Shown piece by piece: positions 40,638 to 52,048 of a stretch of 64,000 nucleotides of DNA; position 1 is the first letter of the stretch, and every line of letters starts with the position of its first letter. The notes beneath the pieces were generated by a model. It was not told where the DNA came from. It worked only from the letters and a program-made list of their open reading frames with translations, and ran no database searches. This DNA is from Candidatus Bathyarchaeota archaeon (GTDB lineage: Archaea > Thermoproteota > Bathyarchaeia > Bathyarchaeales > Bathycorpusculaceae), in NCBI GenBank assembly GCA_963720565.1, contig CAVRFW010000001.1:22823-86822 (forward strand), in the 5' to 3' direction. A program made the translations under genes and the position numbers.

Positions 40638-41885
40638 TTGTCTGAGACCTTACAATTCTCGAGCACTGAAATAAGAAGCTGGCTCGAAAGCCAAACCAAC
40701 TCTATTCTCACGCCAGTGCAATCTCAAGCTCGAAAACTAAGGGATGACCTGAACATGGCGGTTCAAGGAGTCGCTGAAGTCAGCAAGTCTCTCTTGGATA
40801 ACAGTGCAAAGGAAATTGAAAGGCGTAACATGCGCGTCTACAACAGGGCACGAGCGTTAAACAAGCTTGCACGTCTTTTCATAGACAGACTCAAAAAACT
40901 CGTAGCACCCGACCAAATAACCTACGAAAGCCTCAACAAGTATGCGCAAGACGCCCAAAAAGTATACTTGGTTACCGACATCGACCTTAAAAATTGGTTC
41001 CCCAGGCTCTCTCCATTCTTCATTATGGACAGACGGAAATTCTTGGCAGTCCACGAGAAAGCAAAACTGTATCTAGCAACCCTCAACGATTTTCTTACGA
41101 AGGAATACGTGAAAACAAAAACTCTGGAGGAAACCTTCCAGCTCATCAACGACCTTCACAATTTGGAAGCGCAACAAGTCCAGATTGAGATAGACAAAAG
41201 CAATCTTCAGGACGAACGCGTTCCAATTGAGAAAGAGATAGCAGAAATAGAGCAGAAAATGACGCGCCTTCAGAACCAAGGCCCCGTAGAAGAACTCATG
41301 AAGGTTGAAGCTGAAAAGGAAAAACTCAACAACGAATTGAAACATGCCTTGAGGCACCTGCAAAAACCCTTCATCAAAGTTCAAGCCCTTTCTTTACATG
41401 GAGGTGGCGCAGGCTTAACTCCAGACGAGCTGGTTAAACTCGATCAGTATTTAGAGAAACCCTTCGTCGCGCTGGCCACTGAGGAATTCGGGTATCCACT
41501 GCTCAAGCAGATAATGGAGAAGCTAAATCGGCTCTTGGTTGAAGACAAGCTTAAACTTAAGCCAGACAAGGCTCGGAAAGCAGAACAGACACTGAACGAC
41601 ATATTGAATGGAAACATGTTAGCAGGAATACATACAAAATGCGTCGAAGCTGCAATGAGGGAGAGACAACTTTTAAAGTCGTCAGAAATGGAAGAAGTGA
41701 AACGCAACCTCTCCGCAATGAAAGAAAAATCTGAGCAACTCAAAATCAGGAAGGAAAACGTCGAATCGCATGAGGCTGTTAAAGAACATGCATACAAAGA
41801 CACGCTCGAAAGAATCGCAAACACAAAAAAAGCCATAGAAAAAAACGTGTACAACTCATTAAGTCAAAAAATAAAAATTTTGTGA
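40638..41885 (+). CDS. Long coiled-coil hypothetical protein
   Basis: 415 aa rich in E/K/L/Q heptads; no catalytic motif recognised. Confidence 0.7.
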   Translation: MSETLQFSSTEIRSWLESQTNSILTPVQSQARKLRDDLNMAVQGVAEVSKSLLDNSAKEIERRNMRVYNRARALNKLARLFIDRLKKLVAPDQITYESLNKYAQDAQKVYLVTDIDLKNWFPRLSPFFIMDRRKFLAVHEKAKLYLATLNDFLTKEYVKTKTLEETFQLINDLHNLEAQQVQIEIDKSNLQDERVPIEKEIAEIEQKMTRLQNQGPVEELMKVEAEKEKLNNELKHALRHLQKPFIKVQALSLHGGGAGLTPDELVKLDQYLEKPFVALATEEFGYPLLKQIMEKLNRLLVEDKLKLKPDKARKAEQTLNDILNGNMLAGIHTKCVEAAMRERQLLKSSEMEEVKRNLSAMKEKSEQLKIRKENVESHEAVKEHAYKDTLERIANTKKAIEKNVYNSLSQKIKIL

Positions 41886-42088
41886 CCCACTGCTCTTCTA
41901 TAAACAACGCATAACCCTTTTGCCTAAATGAATTGATTTGAATTTTGCTTTCAAAATCCAAGGCAAACGCCTTCAATAGATGCAGTATTGATAGACCCAA
42001 GCTAATCTCAGCGAAAACCAATTTTTGAAACTCGGAAAACCTGCGGGTGGATAAGGATTATATAAGACCGACAATGGAATAGCAGACC

Positions 42089-42493
42089 ATGCAACCATGT
42101 GTCTTGTATTTCTCTAGGACAGGCAACACTAAACGAATGGCAGAAGCCATCGCCAACGCGTTGAAGATACCGGTTTTCGACGTAACCTCTGTAAAGTCCA
42201 CAATCGTTGAAAGCCACAATCTGCTTATTTTAGGGACGCCCGTTGAAGGGTTTGGTCCGACAAAAGAAATTCTGGGATTTGTTGAAGACCTACCCAGGAG
42301 CGATGGCAAAAAGACGATTTTGTTCTGCACAAACACTCTTTGGAAAGGCAGCACGTTCAAGACCTTGGAGAAAAAGTTGTCCAGCAAAGGCTACGTGGTA
42401 ATTTTGAGCGTTTCAAAGAAAGGAATAAAACAGGATGTTCCAGCAGATTTCTCTGACGCCCTAGCCAAGATTGAGAAAGCACTCCAAAAATAG
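42089..42493 (+). CDS. Flavodoxin-family protein
   Basis: LYFSRTGNTKRMAEAI, LILGTPV. Confidence 0.85.
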   Translation: MQPCVLYFSRTGNTKRMAEAIANALKIPVFDVTSVKSTIVESHNLLILGTPVEGFGPTKEILGFVEDLPRSDGKKTILFCTNTLWKGSTFKTLEKKLSSKGYVVILSVSKKGIKQDVPADFSDALAKIEKALQK

Positions 42494-42684
42494 TTGCCCT
42501 TGAGAAGAGCATAAATCTTGTTGGACGCTCGATTTCTGCTACCTGGAAGTTGATAGTGCAACCTCAAAGAAAACTTAGGCAGAGCTTAATTTTGGAAAGA
42601 AGTTCGTACCATGCCTCCGCAAGAAGGCTTAATAAATATCAAACGATAGAGACCTGAGTTTATGGAGAGGGAGGGGTATTTCGT

Positions 42685-43386
42685 ATGAAATTTGAAACTG
42701 GTTTTTTAGAGATTATTCCTCGTGCCCAAGATATGGTCAGTTATAGATTTTCGCGACCAGATGAACTAAGCTATAGGGCAGGACAGTATATGCTTGTCAC
42801 GATAAAGAGCAGCGAGAAGGAGTTGGTTCATCCCTTTAGTCTTTCCAGCAGTCCGAGTGAAATGAATCATGTTGAATTCACTAAGAGACTTACAGAGAGC
42901 GAATATTCAAAAACTCTCAGAGCAGCTAAACCGGGTGATTGGGCGCGAATAGACGCGCCGTACGGAACATTTACATTCCAAGGTGAACACCCAAAAATAG
43001 TTTTACTTGCTGGAGGAGTGGGAATAACTCCGTTTAGAAGCATATGCAGATACTGCACGGACAAGCAGGTTAGTTCAAGTATTGTTTTACTCTACGGGAA
43101 CCGCAGCGAAAACGAAATCGCGTTCAAAACAGAGTTTGAAGAAATGCAGAGGCAAAATCCAAACCTGAGAGTAGTTTTCATTCTAAACGAAGCGAACAGC
43201 CATTGGAAAGGGCTGATAGGATTCATCAATGCTGATCTCATAAAGAACCAAGTACCGGATTACAAGGAAAGGATTTACTACGCCTGTGGACCACCTGGAA
43301 TGGTAAAGGCCATGGAGACAACTGTAGCCTCCTTAGGTTTGCCCCCGTCGCACTTGAAACTTGAAGTGCTGGCAGGTCACACCTGA
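42685..43386 (+). CDS. FAD/NAD(P)-binding oxidoreductase, ferredoxin-NADP reductase family
   Basis: RAGQY, HPFSLSSSP, PYGTF, AGGVGITPF, YACGPPGM. Confidence 0.9.
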   Translation: MKFETGFLEIIPRAQDMVSYRFSRPDELSYRAGQYMLVTIKSSEKELVHPFSLSSSPSEMNHVEFTKRLTESEYSKTLRAAKPGDWARIDAPYGTFTFQGEHPKIVLLAGGVGITPFRSICRYCTDKQVSSSIVLLYGNRSENEIAFKTEFEEMQRQNPNLRVVFILNEANSHWKGLIGFINADLIKNQVPDYKERIYYACGPPGMVKAMETTVASLGLPPSHLKLEVLAGHT

Positions 43387-43409
43387 CAAGCGCACGCAGT
43401 GGATGCCGG

Positions 43410-44693
43410 TCATGGATAGAACCTGCGTGTTGTGCGTGGAAACGGAATGGAGTCAATAATGTTGTCTAGGTCAAGCATCCAAGTTAGCAAACGTTCTACG
43501 CCCATTCCGAAACCCACATGCGGTACAGTGCCGTAGCGTCGAAGATCCAGGTACCATTCGTAGTCTCCTTCTTTCAAACCCATTTCTCTTATTCGCTTTA
43601 TCAGGATCTCTTTGTTGTCTTCTCTAGCCCCGCCAGTTGAGATTTCGCCTATGCGCGGAACCATCATGTCCACTGACATTGCAACTTCTGGCTTTTCAGG
43701 GTAGGTTTTGCAGTAAAACGCCTTGATTGCTGTGGGGTAGTCATAGACGAAGAAAGGCTTGTTGAACTCTTCTGCTAGTGCTTTTTCATCTTCGTAGCCG
43801 AGGTCATCACCCCACTTGAGGATGGGGTTTTTTGGTTTGAGCTTCTCAATGGCTTCATTGTAAGTTATGCGCGGAAAAGGTGTCTTAGCCTGAGAAAGTT
43901 TGGAAATGTCTGCGCCTAACTCTTGAAGTTGTTTTTTGCACTTGTCAGCGGCGCTCTGGCAGATGTGGGTCATCAGTCCTTCTTCGAACACCATTAGGTC
44001 GTTCATGTCAGCGAATGGCCATTCGCCCTCAAGGTGCCAGTATTCTGTCAAGTGCCTTATGGTTCGGCTCTTCTCAGCCCTGAAGGATGGAGCGATGCAG
44101 TACACGTTTTGGAGGGAGTATATGAGAATTTCAAGGTAAAGCTGACTGCTCTGTGTCAAGTACAGATCTTGGTCGAAGTATTTGAGGCCGAAAAGTGTGG
44201 AACCTCCTTCCACAGCTGCTGATATGAACATGGGTGGAGAAACCTCGGTGAAATCTTGGCGCTTCAGGTATTCTCGGGCAAACTCCAGAACGTCAGCGCG
44301 GACCTTCATAACGAGATTCATTTTGCGGCTGCGCAGCCATAGATGGCGCATATCTCGGATGAACTCTTCGCTCTTGTCTTTGGATATTGGAAAAACCTCA
44401 GCCAAACCTATTATCTGGATACTGGAAGCAGACAACTCGTAGCCGCCTGGAGCGCGTTTGTCCTGTTTTGCAGTACCTTCGAGGACTACAGAGGACTCGA
44501 TTGTTGCACGTTCCGCTTCACTCCAGGCAGGACTGCCCTTTTTCGCAGTACATTGAATAACGCCAGTTGAATCACGAAGTAACAGAAAGATTAGTTCCTT
44601 GCCTTCTCGTTTGCGGTAGACCCAACCTCTAACTGAAACGCGTTTGCCTTCACAGCAGCCATCAAGTATTTCCTGAATTTTAACCGTTGTCAT
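43410..44693 (-). CDS. asnS: Asparagine--tRNA ligase
   Basis: OB-fold N-terminus, RHLWLRS, YLTQSSQLY, FRAEKSRTIRHLTEYW, GFGMGVER, PFPR. Confidence 0.9.
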   Translation of the reverse strand: MTTVKIQEILDGCCEGKRVSVRGWVYRKREGKELIFLLLRDSTGVIQCTAKKGSPAWSEAERATIESSVVLEGTAKQDKRAPGGYELSASSIQIIGLAEVFPISKDKSEEFIRDMRHLWLRSRKMNLVMKVRADVLEFAREYLKRQDFTEVSPPMFISAAVEGGSTLFGLKYFDQDLYLTQSSQLYLEILIYSLQNVYCIAPSFRAEKSRTIRHLTEYWHLEGEWPFADMNDLMVFEEGLMTHICQSAADKCKKQLQELGADISKLSQAKTPFPRITYNEAIEKLKPKNPILKWGDDLGYEDEKALAEEFNKPFFVYDYPTAIKAFYCKTYPEKPEVAMSVDMMVPRIGEISTGGAREDNKEILIKRIREMGLKEGDYEWYLDLRRYGTVPHVGFGMGVERLLTWMLDLDNIIDSIPFPRTTRRFYP

Positions 44694-45001
44694 TTAACCC
44701 ATCAGCCGTTTTTCTCTATCTATTTACTTCAAACCTAAATGCCTATCTATTCGTAATTACAGCTTCTTGCAGCGTTTTGTTACATCAAACTGTTCTTTTT
44801 TCGGGCGCCGTAGGAAATATCACCTTTTAAAGGGTGTGATCGGATATCTGAATGAATCGGCGGATAAGACTCTTGAGTTGCCGGGGTGGAATGCATATAG
44901 AACTAATCAAAAGACCTTGGGCGGATTTGATTCTGACCTAAATTGATTGTGAACAAATGAAAAAAGGGGAATTGGGTTTTGTTGTTTCTGTTGCAGGTAT
45001 T

Positions 45002-47606
45002 TTACCGTTTTCTGAGGACTAGTATGATTGCGACTGCTGCTGCAATTATTGCTGCAATCATGCCGCCTGTCATTGGTAGGAAGTATTGATCAGCTATTGA
45101 TGTAGGTGCTTGTGTTGGTTCTGGAGTAGCTTCAGGTGCAGGATCCACTACGAATGCTGTTGTGGCATGGGACCCATAGAATGCGTTGGAGCCGCCGAAT
45201 GAGGCGATCACGGTGTATTTGCCTTCGATGTCAGCGCACCATTGGAAGCTGAAGAAACCGTCGGCGTTGCTTGTCGCTGTGCCGATGTTTCTAAAGTTTC
45301 CGTTAGCGTCGATGACGTCGATGGATACTTCAACTCCGGTAACGTCTGTCGGACGAGCCCATTGTTTGTATACGTATTGCATCCATGTGCTCATGCTTTC
45401 GTCAGATACTGCTGGCACTCCGTTTGGAAAACGGGCTGTGCGAGCGTATTCTTCTGTTCCTGGAGATGTGTCTGTGACGTAGCCTTCTATCAGTATGCTG
45501 CCGGTGAATGCTGAAACTTTCGGTGAAGCGGTTACTGTTGTTGCGCTTGGACCTTTGCCTATGGCGTATACTTGCTGGTCGTATGTGTCCATTGTTGCGA
45601 TGATGCTGTCTCCCATGACTGCACTTCCGCCCCAGTCAGTTTGACGGAACATACCGTAAACCGACCAGAGTTCTTCTCCTGTCTCAGCGTCGAGGCACAC
45701 GAATGGTGCACCACGGGGTTGAGGCTGGTTGACAGAGTGCTCGCTTTGGCCAAGGTAGATTTTGCCGTCAGCCATGATGCGCGGACGCAAAGATGACCAG
45801 TAGTTGGACCACAAGACTTCTTTGAATGGGTCAGCGTAGGTGTAGTTCCAGACTAATTGGCCTGTTTGTGCGTCGTAGGCATACATTACTCCACTCATGC
45901 CGTTAGAGTAGAGTTTGCCATATTGGATTGTTGGATACATAGCGAAAACGTCCAGGTAGTGCTGTGGTGCAGTTGGTCCCCAGACCAGGTTTCCTGTGTC
46001 AAGGCTGTAGGCCCAGAACTGTGCCAGTTCCTTGCTCCATAAGCAGACGATGCGTTCTTCAGTACTTCCTGCTGAGACTGCGAGAGACACGTTGCCAGCT
46101 GGTGCGGCATATGTCTTTGTTGAACTTTAGTGCTCCTGTTTTAGCGTCAAAAGCCCATATCCTGAAAGGCGGGTCATCAAACGATATGGTACCGAAGAAT
46201 CCAATGGTGTCTCCTCTGTAGTAGCCGAAGATTGTGTCATCAAAGTAAGTGTAGGAAGCGCTTCCCGGTAATCCTAAGGGTATAGTGATGTTCTTTTGGT
46301 AGCCGTTTAATCCGAAGGGTGTTGCTGAAGTCACTGGGACAACTCCTGTTGCGTTGATTGTTTTCCCTTGAGGTTGCCATGAACCGAAGCTGGGGTTGTT
46401 TTCTGCTGTTCCCCAGTAGGCGTCAATGACACCTGTTGAGTTCCACAAAGTCATGTAGCCAGCTTGCAGATTGATTGTGTAGATGAGGATTTCGCCGTTT
46501 GGACCATACATGCGATTGCCGCTAGGCATGTTTGTGAAGGTGAATAGCCAACGTCCGGTGTAGGGATCGAATGCTTCTAACGTAGATGATGCTGCGCCAA
46601 AGAATCCTCCCGAAACGCCTGCCCATAGATATGGGTGAACACCTTGGGTGTTATAACTCTTCCAGTACATTATTTGGCCAAATTGTGGCACTACGCGTTC
46701 TCCGGCAGGATTAAGCAGTTCCTTTTCCCACAATGTTTCACCAGTGTGCAGATCTACAGCAACAATCCAGTTGTCTACGGCGTTGCCTCCAGCGCTGTCG
46801 AACTTTTGGTATATGAGTGTACCCATGATAACTAAGGAAGTGCTGAATTTGCCTTCATACGCGTCTCCAGGGAAAATGCCTGCGTCTTCAGAAATGCCAA
46901 CGCCTCCAGCTAAGCCTCCTACTTGCAGGGGCTTTTGCCAAAGTACGTGTGCAGTTTCTGGTGCATCATCTTGACCTTCAGTGAGATCGAGGCTGCCAAA
47001 TGTAGAAGAGTAAAGCCAGCTGCCTGACATCACGGACCATTCTCGGTTCTGACTGTCTATTGGACGAGTCCAATATTCAGTTGGAAGAGGAACGCCCGGC
47101 CAGTAAGTTGGTTCTCCTTCAGTCACCACGAGGTCTATTATTGGGCTGTCGTCATCTTCGTAGTATATGTTTACCATTTGTAGTTGTCCCGAGAAGAAGT
47201 CAAACGAGGTAAAGTTGTACCATTGTGCTGGGAAGTGTGTCTGCAGCTTGTACGTACCCACCGTGGCAGGCACAAATACGGTTCCTGTTCCTCCTGTTGA
47301 ATCAGTGTTGAAAGGCCCCAACGTCTGAGTCGTACCATCTGGCTTCGTCACAGTCACTGTTAAGCCATACCACTTATCCTGTGTGATTTGGAGAAACTGG
47401 GTAATACCGACGTGCAGCAGAACTTCTTCACCTACAAGTGCGGGGTCAGGAATAGCACCGATGTAAGCATACGATTTTGAATGACCAGTCTTGTTTATCA
47501 CTGGAGGTTGTCCCATAGCTGGTAAGACAACAAGTGAAATAGCCATAGCTAATATCAGAACTAATGAGATAGCAGTAGCAATAGTCTTCGTTTTCGAAAT
47601 TTGCAT
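45002..47606 (-). CDS. Large secreted PQQ-like beta-propeller surface protein with C-terminal TM anchor; +1 frameshift near 46116
   Basis: Signal peptide, repeated (A/S)xDxxTGxxxW propeller motifs, Ig-like domains, PEPT linker, TM plus RKR; removing one A from AACAAAGACATAT joins the two ORFs. Confidence 0.85.
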
Positions 47607-48059
47607 ATTTCTTTTTTCTCCTTTCAATTTTGTTATGCGACCTAAATCGCGGCTTCCTTTCTGGTGCAAGTTGCTTATTAAAGTTTGCAGTAATTACTAA
47701 TCGTGCTTTGTTTCGGAGCAAATTCTGAGGCTAAAATTCGTTTAGATCCGTAAGAACCCAGTTTTTGAGGCAACATAACGGTTGATCACTGTATTTCTGG
47801 AATATTGGCTACAAAAGGGCGAACGATACAGCCAATACTGAAAAAGAGCGTTTTTTTCCGCATAACATCATTTAGAATTGAAACGAACAGTATTGCCAGA
47901 TCTCTTTCGAGGTTATTTGTTGTGAATTAACCGGGGGTTAATGGATAGTTGCCGTTTAGTGTGACTGAGTTGTAAACTTGAATTCGAGGGTTAAGAACAC
48001 TTATCGACTCTTTGATTTAGTAATTCTTAAATCGCCCTTGTGAGGAACATAGGTTCTGA

Positions 48060-49437
48060 TTGTCAATGGAAGAGCTCTCGGAAAGTGTGCTTAAGCTTAG
48101 GATGCTGAAGTTGTCTGCTGTTGCCATAGCAAGCGTGGTGATCGTAGAGGTAATTCTTGGCTCGATTGTGAACAGTTTGGCGATTCTGAGCGATGGCCTT
48201 CACGCACTGCTGGATGCTTTAACTAGTGTTATCCTTTTTGTGACCACCCGGGAGGCGCTCAAACCGCCAGATGAGGAACACACCTATGGACACGAAAAGT
48301 TTGAACCCATCGGCGGTCTGATAGGCGGCATTGTACTCATAGGCGTTGGCGTCTTCGTAATCTATGAAGCTATCACAAAACTAACTCAAGGAAAAGGTGT
48401 AGACACTGGACTGCAGCTCGCAGGTTTCTTCGCCATCGGTTACACCTTCTGCATCGACATCTATAGGATGTTCATTTTCAGAAAGGCAGCAAAGAGCGAT
48501 AGCACCACGGTTAAGGCCGGATTTTACCATGCCTTGGCCGATTTAAGCTCAACTGCACTTGCCTTCTTAGGATTTGGATTAGCCACGATAGGAATCAATC
48601 AAGGTGACTCAATATCATCCATTGTACTCGGAATACTGCTCAGTTATTTGAGCATTAAACTTGTTATGAGCAGCGTCACAGAGTTAGCCGATACAGCATC
48701 GAAAGGGCTGGTTCAAAAAATTAGGAAAGAAATACTTATCCCACAACGGAATTCTTAACTGCAAAAACTTGAAGGTTCGAAAGGTGGGCTCAAAAACCTT
48801 TGCAGAATGCACGGTTCAAGTTTCAAGCCGCATAAGCTTAGAAAGCGCTCATGCTTTAGCCTCAGAGATTGAGGTTGATCTTCAGAAAACTTTTGGAGAT
48901 GTTGACTCAACTATCCATATTGAACCTTCCGAAAAAGAAACAGAGACAGTCGAGCTCATTGAGAAACTCGCAACGGTCGACGGCGTAAAAGAAGTGCACG
49001 ACATCGAAACCGTCTACACCAGCGGAAAGCTCAATGTTACTCTGCACGCATATGTGGACCCTCAATTGTCAGTGGAGAAATCGCATGAAATTGCTGAGAA
49101 AATTGAGAAAGAAATGCATGTCGGAATAAAACAGGTTGAAAACGTTGCCGTCCACTTGGAGCCGTACGGCGTTGAAGTCAACGGGAATGAAATAGACGAG
49201 AGACAACTCAGAGCGATAATTCATGAGGCTGTCGCGGACACGGGACGCGATTTTTACGTTAAGCGGATAACAACTTACTCGGCAGAGGGCAAACGATACA
49301 TTAACTTGGATTGTTGCTTTACGAACGAGGTTTCAATAACTCTCGCACATGACGTTACATCGCGAATTGAACATGAAATACAAAAACGCTTCGCCTACGT
49401 TGTAGTCACTGTGCACATAGAACCGTATTCTAAATAG
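48060..49437 (+). CDS. Cation diffusion facilitator with repeated C-terminal dimerisation domains; +1 frameshift near 48735
   Basis: SDGLHALLD, HTYGHEKFE, HALAD; three ..AH/SH.......HI/LEP repeats. Confidence 0.88.
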
Positions 49438-49503
49438 ATTTGCTCAGAGAAAAATGTTCTGAGAAAGAATGTTTTTGAGTTAGAAAAAAAGGAAGAGAGG
49501 ATT

Positions 49504-51369
49504 TTAGCGCAAGATGACTTCTGCTATTTGCGTCAAGTCGCCTAGGTTGCTAAGTTTCACTTTGGTGTTGGAAATTGTGAAGAGTGTGTCGTCAATGTAA
49601 AGTGCTCTGTTCACTTGGTCGTAGTACGGGTTTGTTGTTGCTGTGTGTGTGATTCCGCCTCTGAGTGTGAAGCCGCTTGTGTTCACCTTGAAGACGTATG
49701 CGCCTTGCCAATAGCCTCCGTTAATGGAGGGTTCGGATGTTGACGTCGATGTTTTTTCTGTTGATTCTACTATGCCATATTGGGTTATTGAAACTGGGAT
49801 AACCAGTAGTTCCATCTGCTTGTCGAATAGAAAGGCCTTTGGTTCGTACAATGCTTCGGAGTATGAGTAGTCGGCATTCACGATGTATTTTGCAATTTCT
49901 GTTGGCGTATTCACGTTTGTGACATCGAAGAGCGAGAGTTTGACAGTATTGTTCTCGATGCCTAATCCGATGACGTGGTTATCATCAAAAGGATGTAGGT
50001 AGCTCGAGTAGCCGGGTATCTTTAGCTGTCCCGCGACTTTCGGATTAGTGGGATTGCTAAGGTCAATTACGAAGAATGGGTCTATTTGTCTGAACGTGAC
50101 CAAGTACGCTTTGTTTCCCATGAATCTTGCTGAGTAGATTCGTTCAGTCTCTGCGAGACCTTCCAGTTTGCCCACAACTGTCAGGTTCATGTTAAGCACG
50201 TAGATGTTGTTGTGTGTCGTGTCCTCCTGAGATGTGGTTGCCAGTCTGAAGTGTTCGCTGTACTCGTCCATAGAGTATTGGTTTACAACATATCCTGGGA
50301 TGCTGCCTTCTGCTTCGAGCTTCAGGATGTTTTGGTTGACGCTTATTCTGTAGATTGAAGTGTATGAGCTTTGCTCGTCATAGTTTTGGTATGTAATGTA
50401 AATGTTGTCTGGGGACACATACATTGTGCTTGCTCCTCCCATTAGTATCGTCATGTTGGCTATTTTCTCCGAGTTGTCCATCACGTTGAAACCCACGAAG
50501 GTTGTGAACATGAAAGAGCCTGGTACTGTGTCAGCATAGTATATGTCAGAGGCTGCAATTTCTTCTGTGCCTGCGCCGCTGTTGACTCTAGGAAGCGGTA
50601 CTGTATTTTCAAGGACATAGGCAGATTGGCTGACTACAGCATAAATGTAGTTGCCAATCATTCTTGAATTGAAATAACTGCCACTTAGTATCAAGTTTCT
50701 TGTTAGAACAGGGTGAACCTTGTCGGATACGTCATATACAGCCACGAAAGTTTTAACATCACTGTAGTAGGGATAAATCATCGCCGCGTCGGGACGCACA
50801 ACGTCGTAAGCAAAGATTTGATATTGGCTTCCGATGACAACGAGCTTGTTACCATCTTGGCTAAGGAACATGCCTGCCAAGTAAGTGTTGTTTTCGAGGG
50901 TTATCTTGGCTATGACTCTTGGATCTTCTGGGTCTGCTTTCATTATGAACACGCTGTATTGACCAGTTGAATAATCACTTGATGCTACGTAGAGGTATGT
51001 GCCATCTGTTTTTACGATGTCAGCCTCATCAACTCCGGCGACTTGTATGTTTGTTGTTGAGTATTTGTAAGTTGAACCATCTGCTGTTGTTGGCGCTGGG
51101 ATAGCCTCGCTGGCGAAGAATCCCTGATCTAAAGGTCCCCCCCGGAAAGTGGTGGTTGACCCTTGTGTATTAGCAACTAGGAAGCTCTTGAGTTCATCAT
51201 AGGAAGCGAAGTGGTTAAAATCCGAAGCAATAGGATTCTGGGTGATCGGCGGGTTTACGAGACCTGGTGTTGATCCAAAGACAAAGATAAATCCAACCAA
51301 GATAATGGCCGAGAGGGCTGCTGCTGTTCCGTAGACTCCTGTTTTCCGCTTAATTTCTTTTTGAACCAT
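49504..51369 (-). CDS. Secreted Beta_propel-domain protein
   Basis: YSTTNIQVAGVDEADIVKTDG, NQYSMDEY..HFRLAT, IYSARFMG..AYLVTFRQIDP, LKIPGYSSYLHP; GGTGA SD before ATG 51369. Confidence 0.9.
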   Translation of the reverse strand: MVQKEIKRKTGVYGTAAALSAIILVGFIFVFGSTPGLVNPPITQNPIASDFNHFASYDELKSFLVANTQGSTTTFRGGPLDQGFFASEAIPAPTTADGSTYKYSTTNIQVAGVDEADIVKTDGTYLYVASSDYSTGQYSVFIMKADPEDPRVIAKITLENNTYLAGMFLSQDGNKLVVIGSQYQIFAYDVVRPDAAMIYPYYSDVKTFVAVYDVSDKVHPVLTRNLILSGSYFNSRMIGNYIYAVVSQSAYVLENTVPLPRVNSGAGTEEIAASDIYYADTVPGSFMFTTFVGFNVMDNSEKIANMTILMGGASTMYVSPDNIYITYQNYDEQSSYTSIYRISVNQNILKLEAEGSIPGYVVNQYSMDEYSEHFRLATTSQEDTTHNNIYVLNMNLTVVGKLEGLAETERIYSARFMGNKAYLVTFRQIDPFFVIDLSNPTNPKVAGQLKIPGYSSYLHPFDDNHVIGLGIENNTVKLSLFDVTNVNTPTEIAKYIVNADYSYSEALYEPKAFLFDKQMELLVIPVSITQYGIVESTEKTSTSTSEPSINGGYWQGAYVFKVNTSGFTLRGGITHTATTNPYYDQVNRALYIDDTLFTISNTKVKLSNLGDLTQIAEVILR

Positions 51370-51420
51370 GTTTTCACCTGACATAACCATATGGCGCCAA
51401 ATTATATTATCCTAAGCCTC

Positions 51421-51435
51421 AGAACACCTTGTTCT
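51421..51435. promoter_or_regulatory. Palindromic operator AGAACAnnnTGTTCT upstream of the beta-propeller gene
   Basis: AGAACACCTTGTTCT; near-identical copy at 51943-51957. Confidence 0.65.
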
Positions 51436-51440
51436 AATAG

Positions 51441-51881
51441 TTAGAACGGGCGCATAGACCAGACCCGGTATGCTTCATACCAGAACACTGCGCAAACAAT
51501 GGCTCCAAACGTTATGATGAACAGATTCTCTCGATTAAAACCTTGAAGGAGAAACAAAAGAAAAGCCACATAAAAGACAGTAGAGAAAATCGCGTAGAAA
51601 AAGTACCTTGGAAAAAGCAATTTTCCCAGCTTCACATAGTGCCTGAGCACACCGATTTTAACTTCGCCCACCAAAATGTAATGCCCGCCGACCTCTTGCT
51701 TCTGAACTAAACCCAATTCGCGGAGCTGTTCCAAATGGTGATACGCAATGCTGGGGCTACTGAAGTGCAGAGAACGCTGGACCTCCCGAACACCAACGGG
51801 GTTACCGTTTTTCAGCAGAAACCAGTAGACTTTCCATGCTTTGCCCCGAAGAGCATACTCAAGCTCTATCTCATCGCCCAC
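51441..51881 (-). CDS. Membrane-anchored winged-helix transcriptional regulator
   Basis: VGVREVQRSLHFSSPSIAYHHLEQLRELGLV wHTH followed by two TM helices. Confidence 0.85.
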   Translation of the reverse strand: MGDEIELEYALRGKAWKVYWFLLKNGNPVGVREVQRSLHFSSPSIAYHHLEQLRELGLVQKQEVGGHYILVGEVKIGVLRHYVKLGKLLFPRYFFYAIFSTVFYVAFLLFLLQGFNRENLFIITFGAIVCAVFWYEAYRVWSMRPF

Positions 51882-51942
51882 TCTAAATCAGCTCTGAACG
51901 CCAAAACATAGAACAGATAAGCAAGATATAAGACCAATTGTT

Positions 51943-51957
51943 AGAACACATTGTTCA
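51943..51957. promoter_or_regulatory. Palindromic operator upstream of the membrane HTH regulator
   Basis: AGAACACATTGTTCA, 11 nt upstream of the minus-strand TTATAT box at 51931-51926. Confidence 0.65.
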
Positions 51958-52048
51958 AATAGTCTCGCGATAGAATTTCTCGTTTTTGTATTCTGACTGA
52001 TAAGCGCGCATGCTTATGCTCTAAACTGGCAGGCAGGGAAGTACCAGC

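Noticed and set aside
44806..44865. Intergenic stem-loop (CGCCG...CGGCG followed by ATA) as an H/ACA or C/D sRNA
   Set aside because: Stems are short and no proper K-turn or box set could be assigned
47688..47697. Palindrome AGTAATTACT upstream of the PQQ-like gene (GTAATTAC also at about 44753)
   Set aside because: Short AT-rich palindromes are expected by chance; not enough support for an operator
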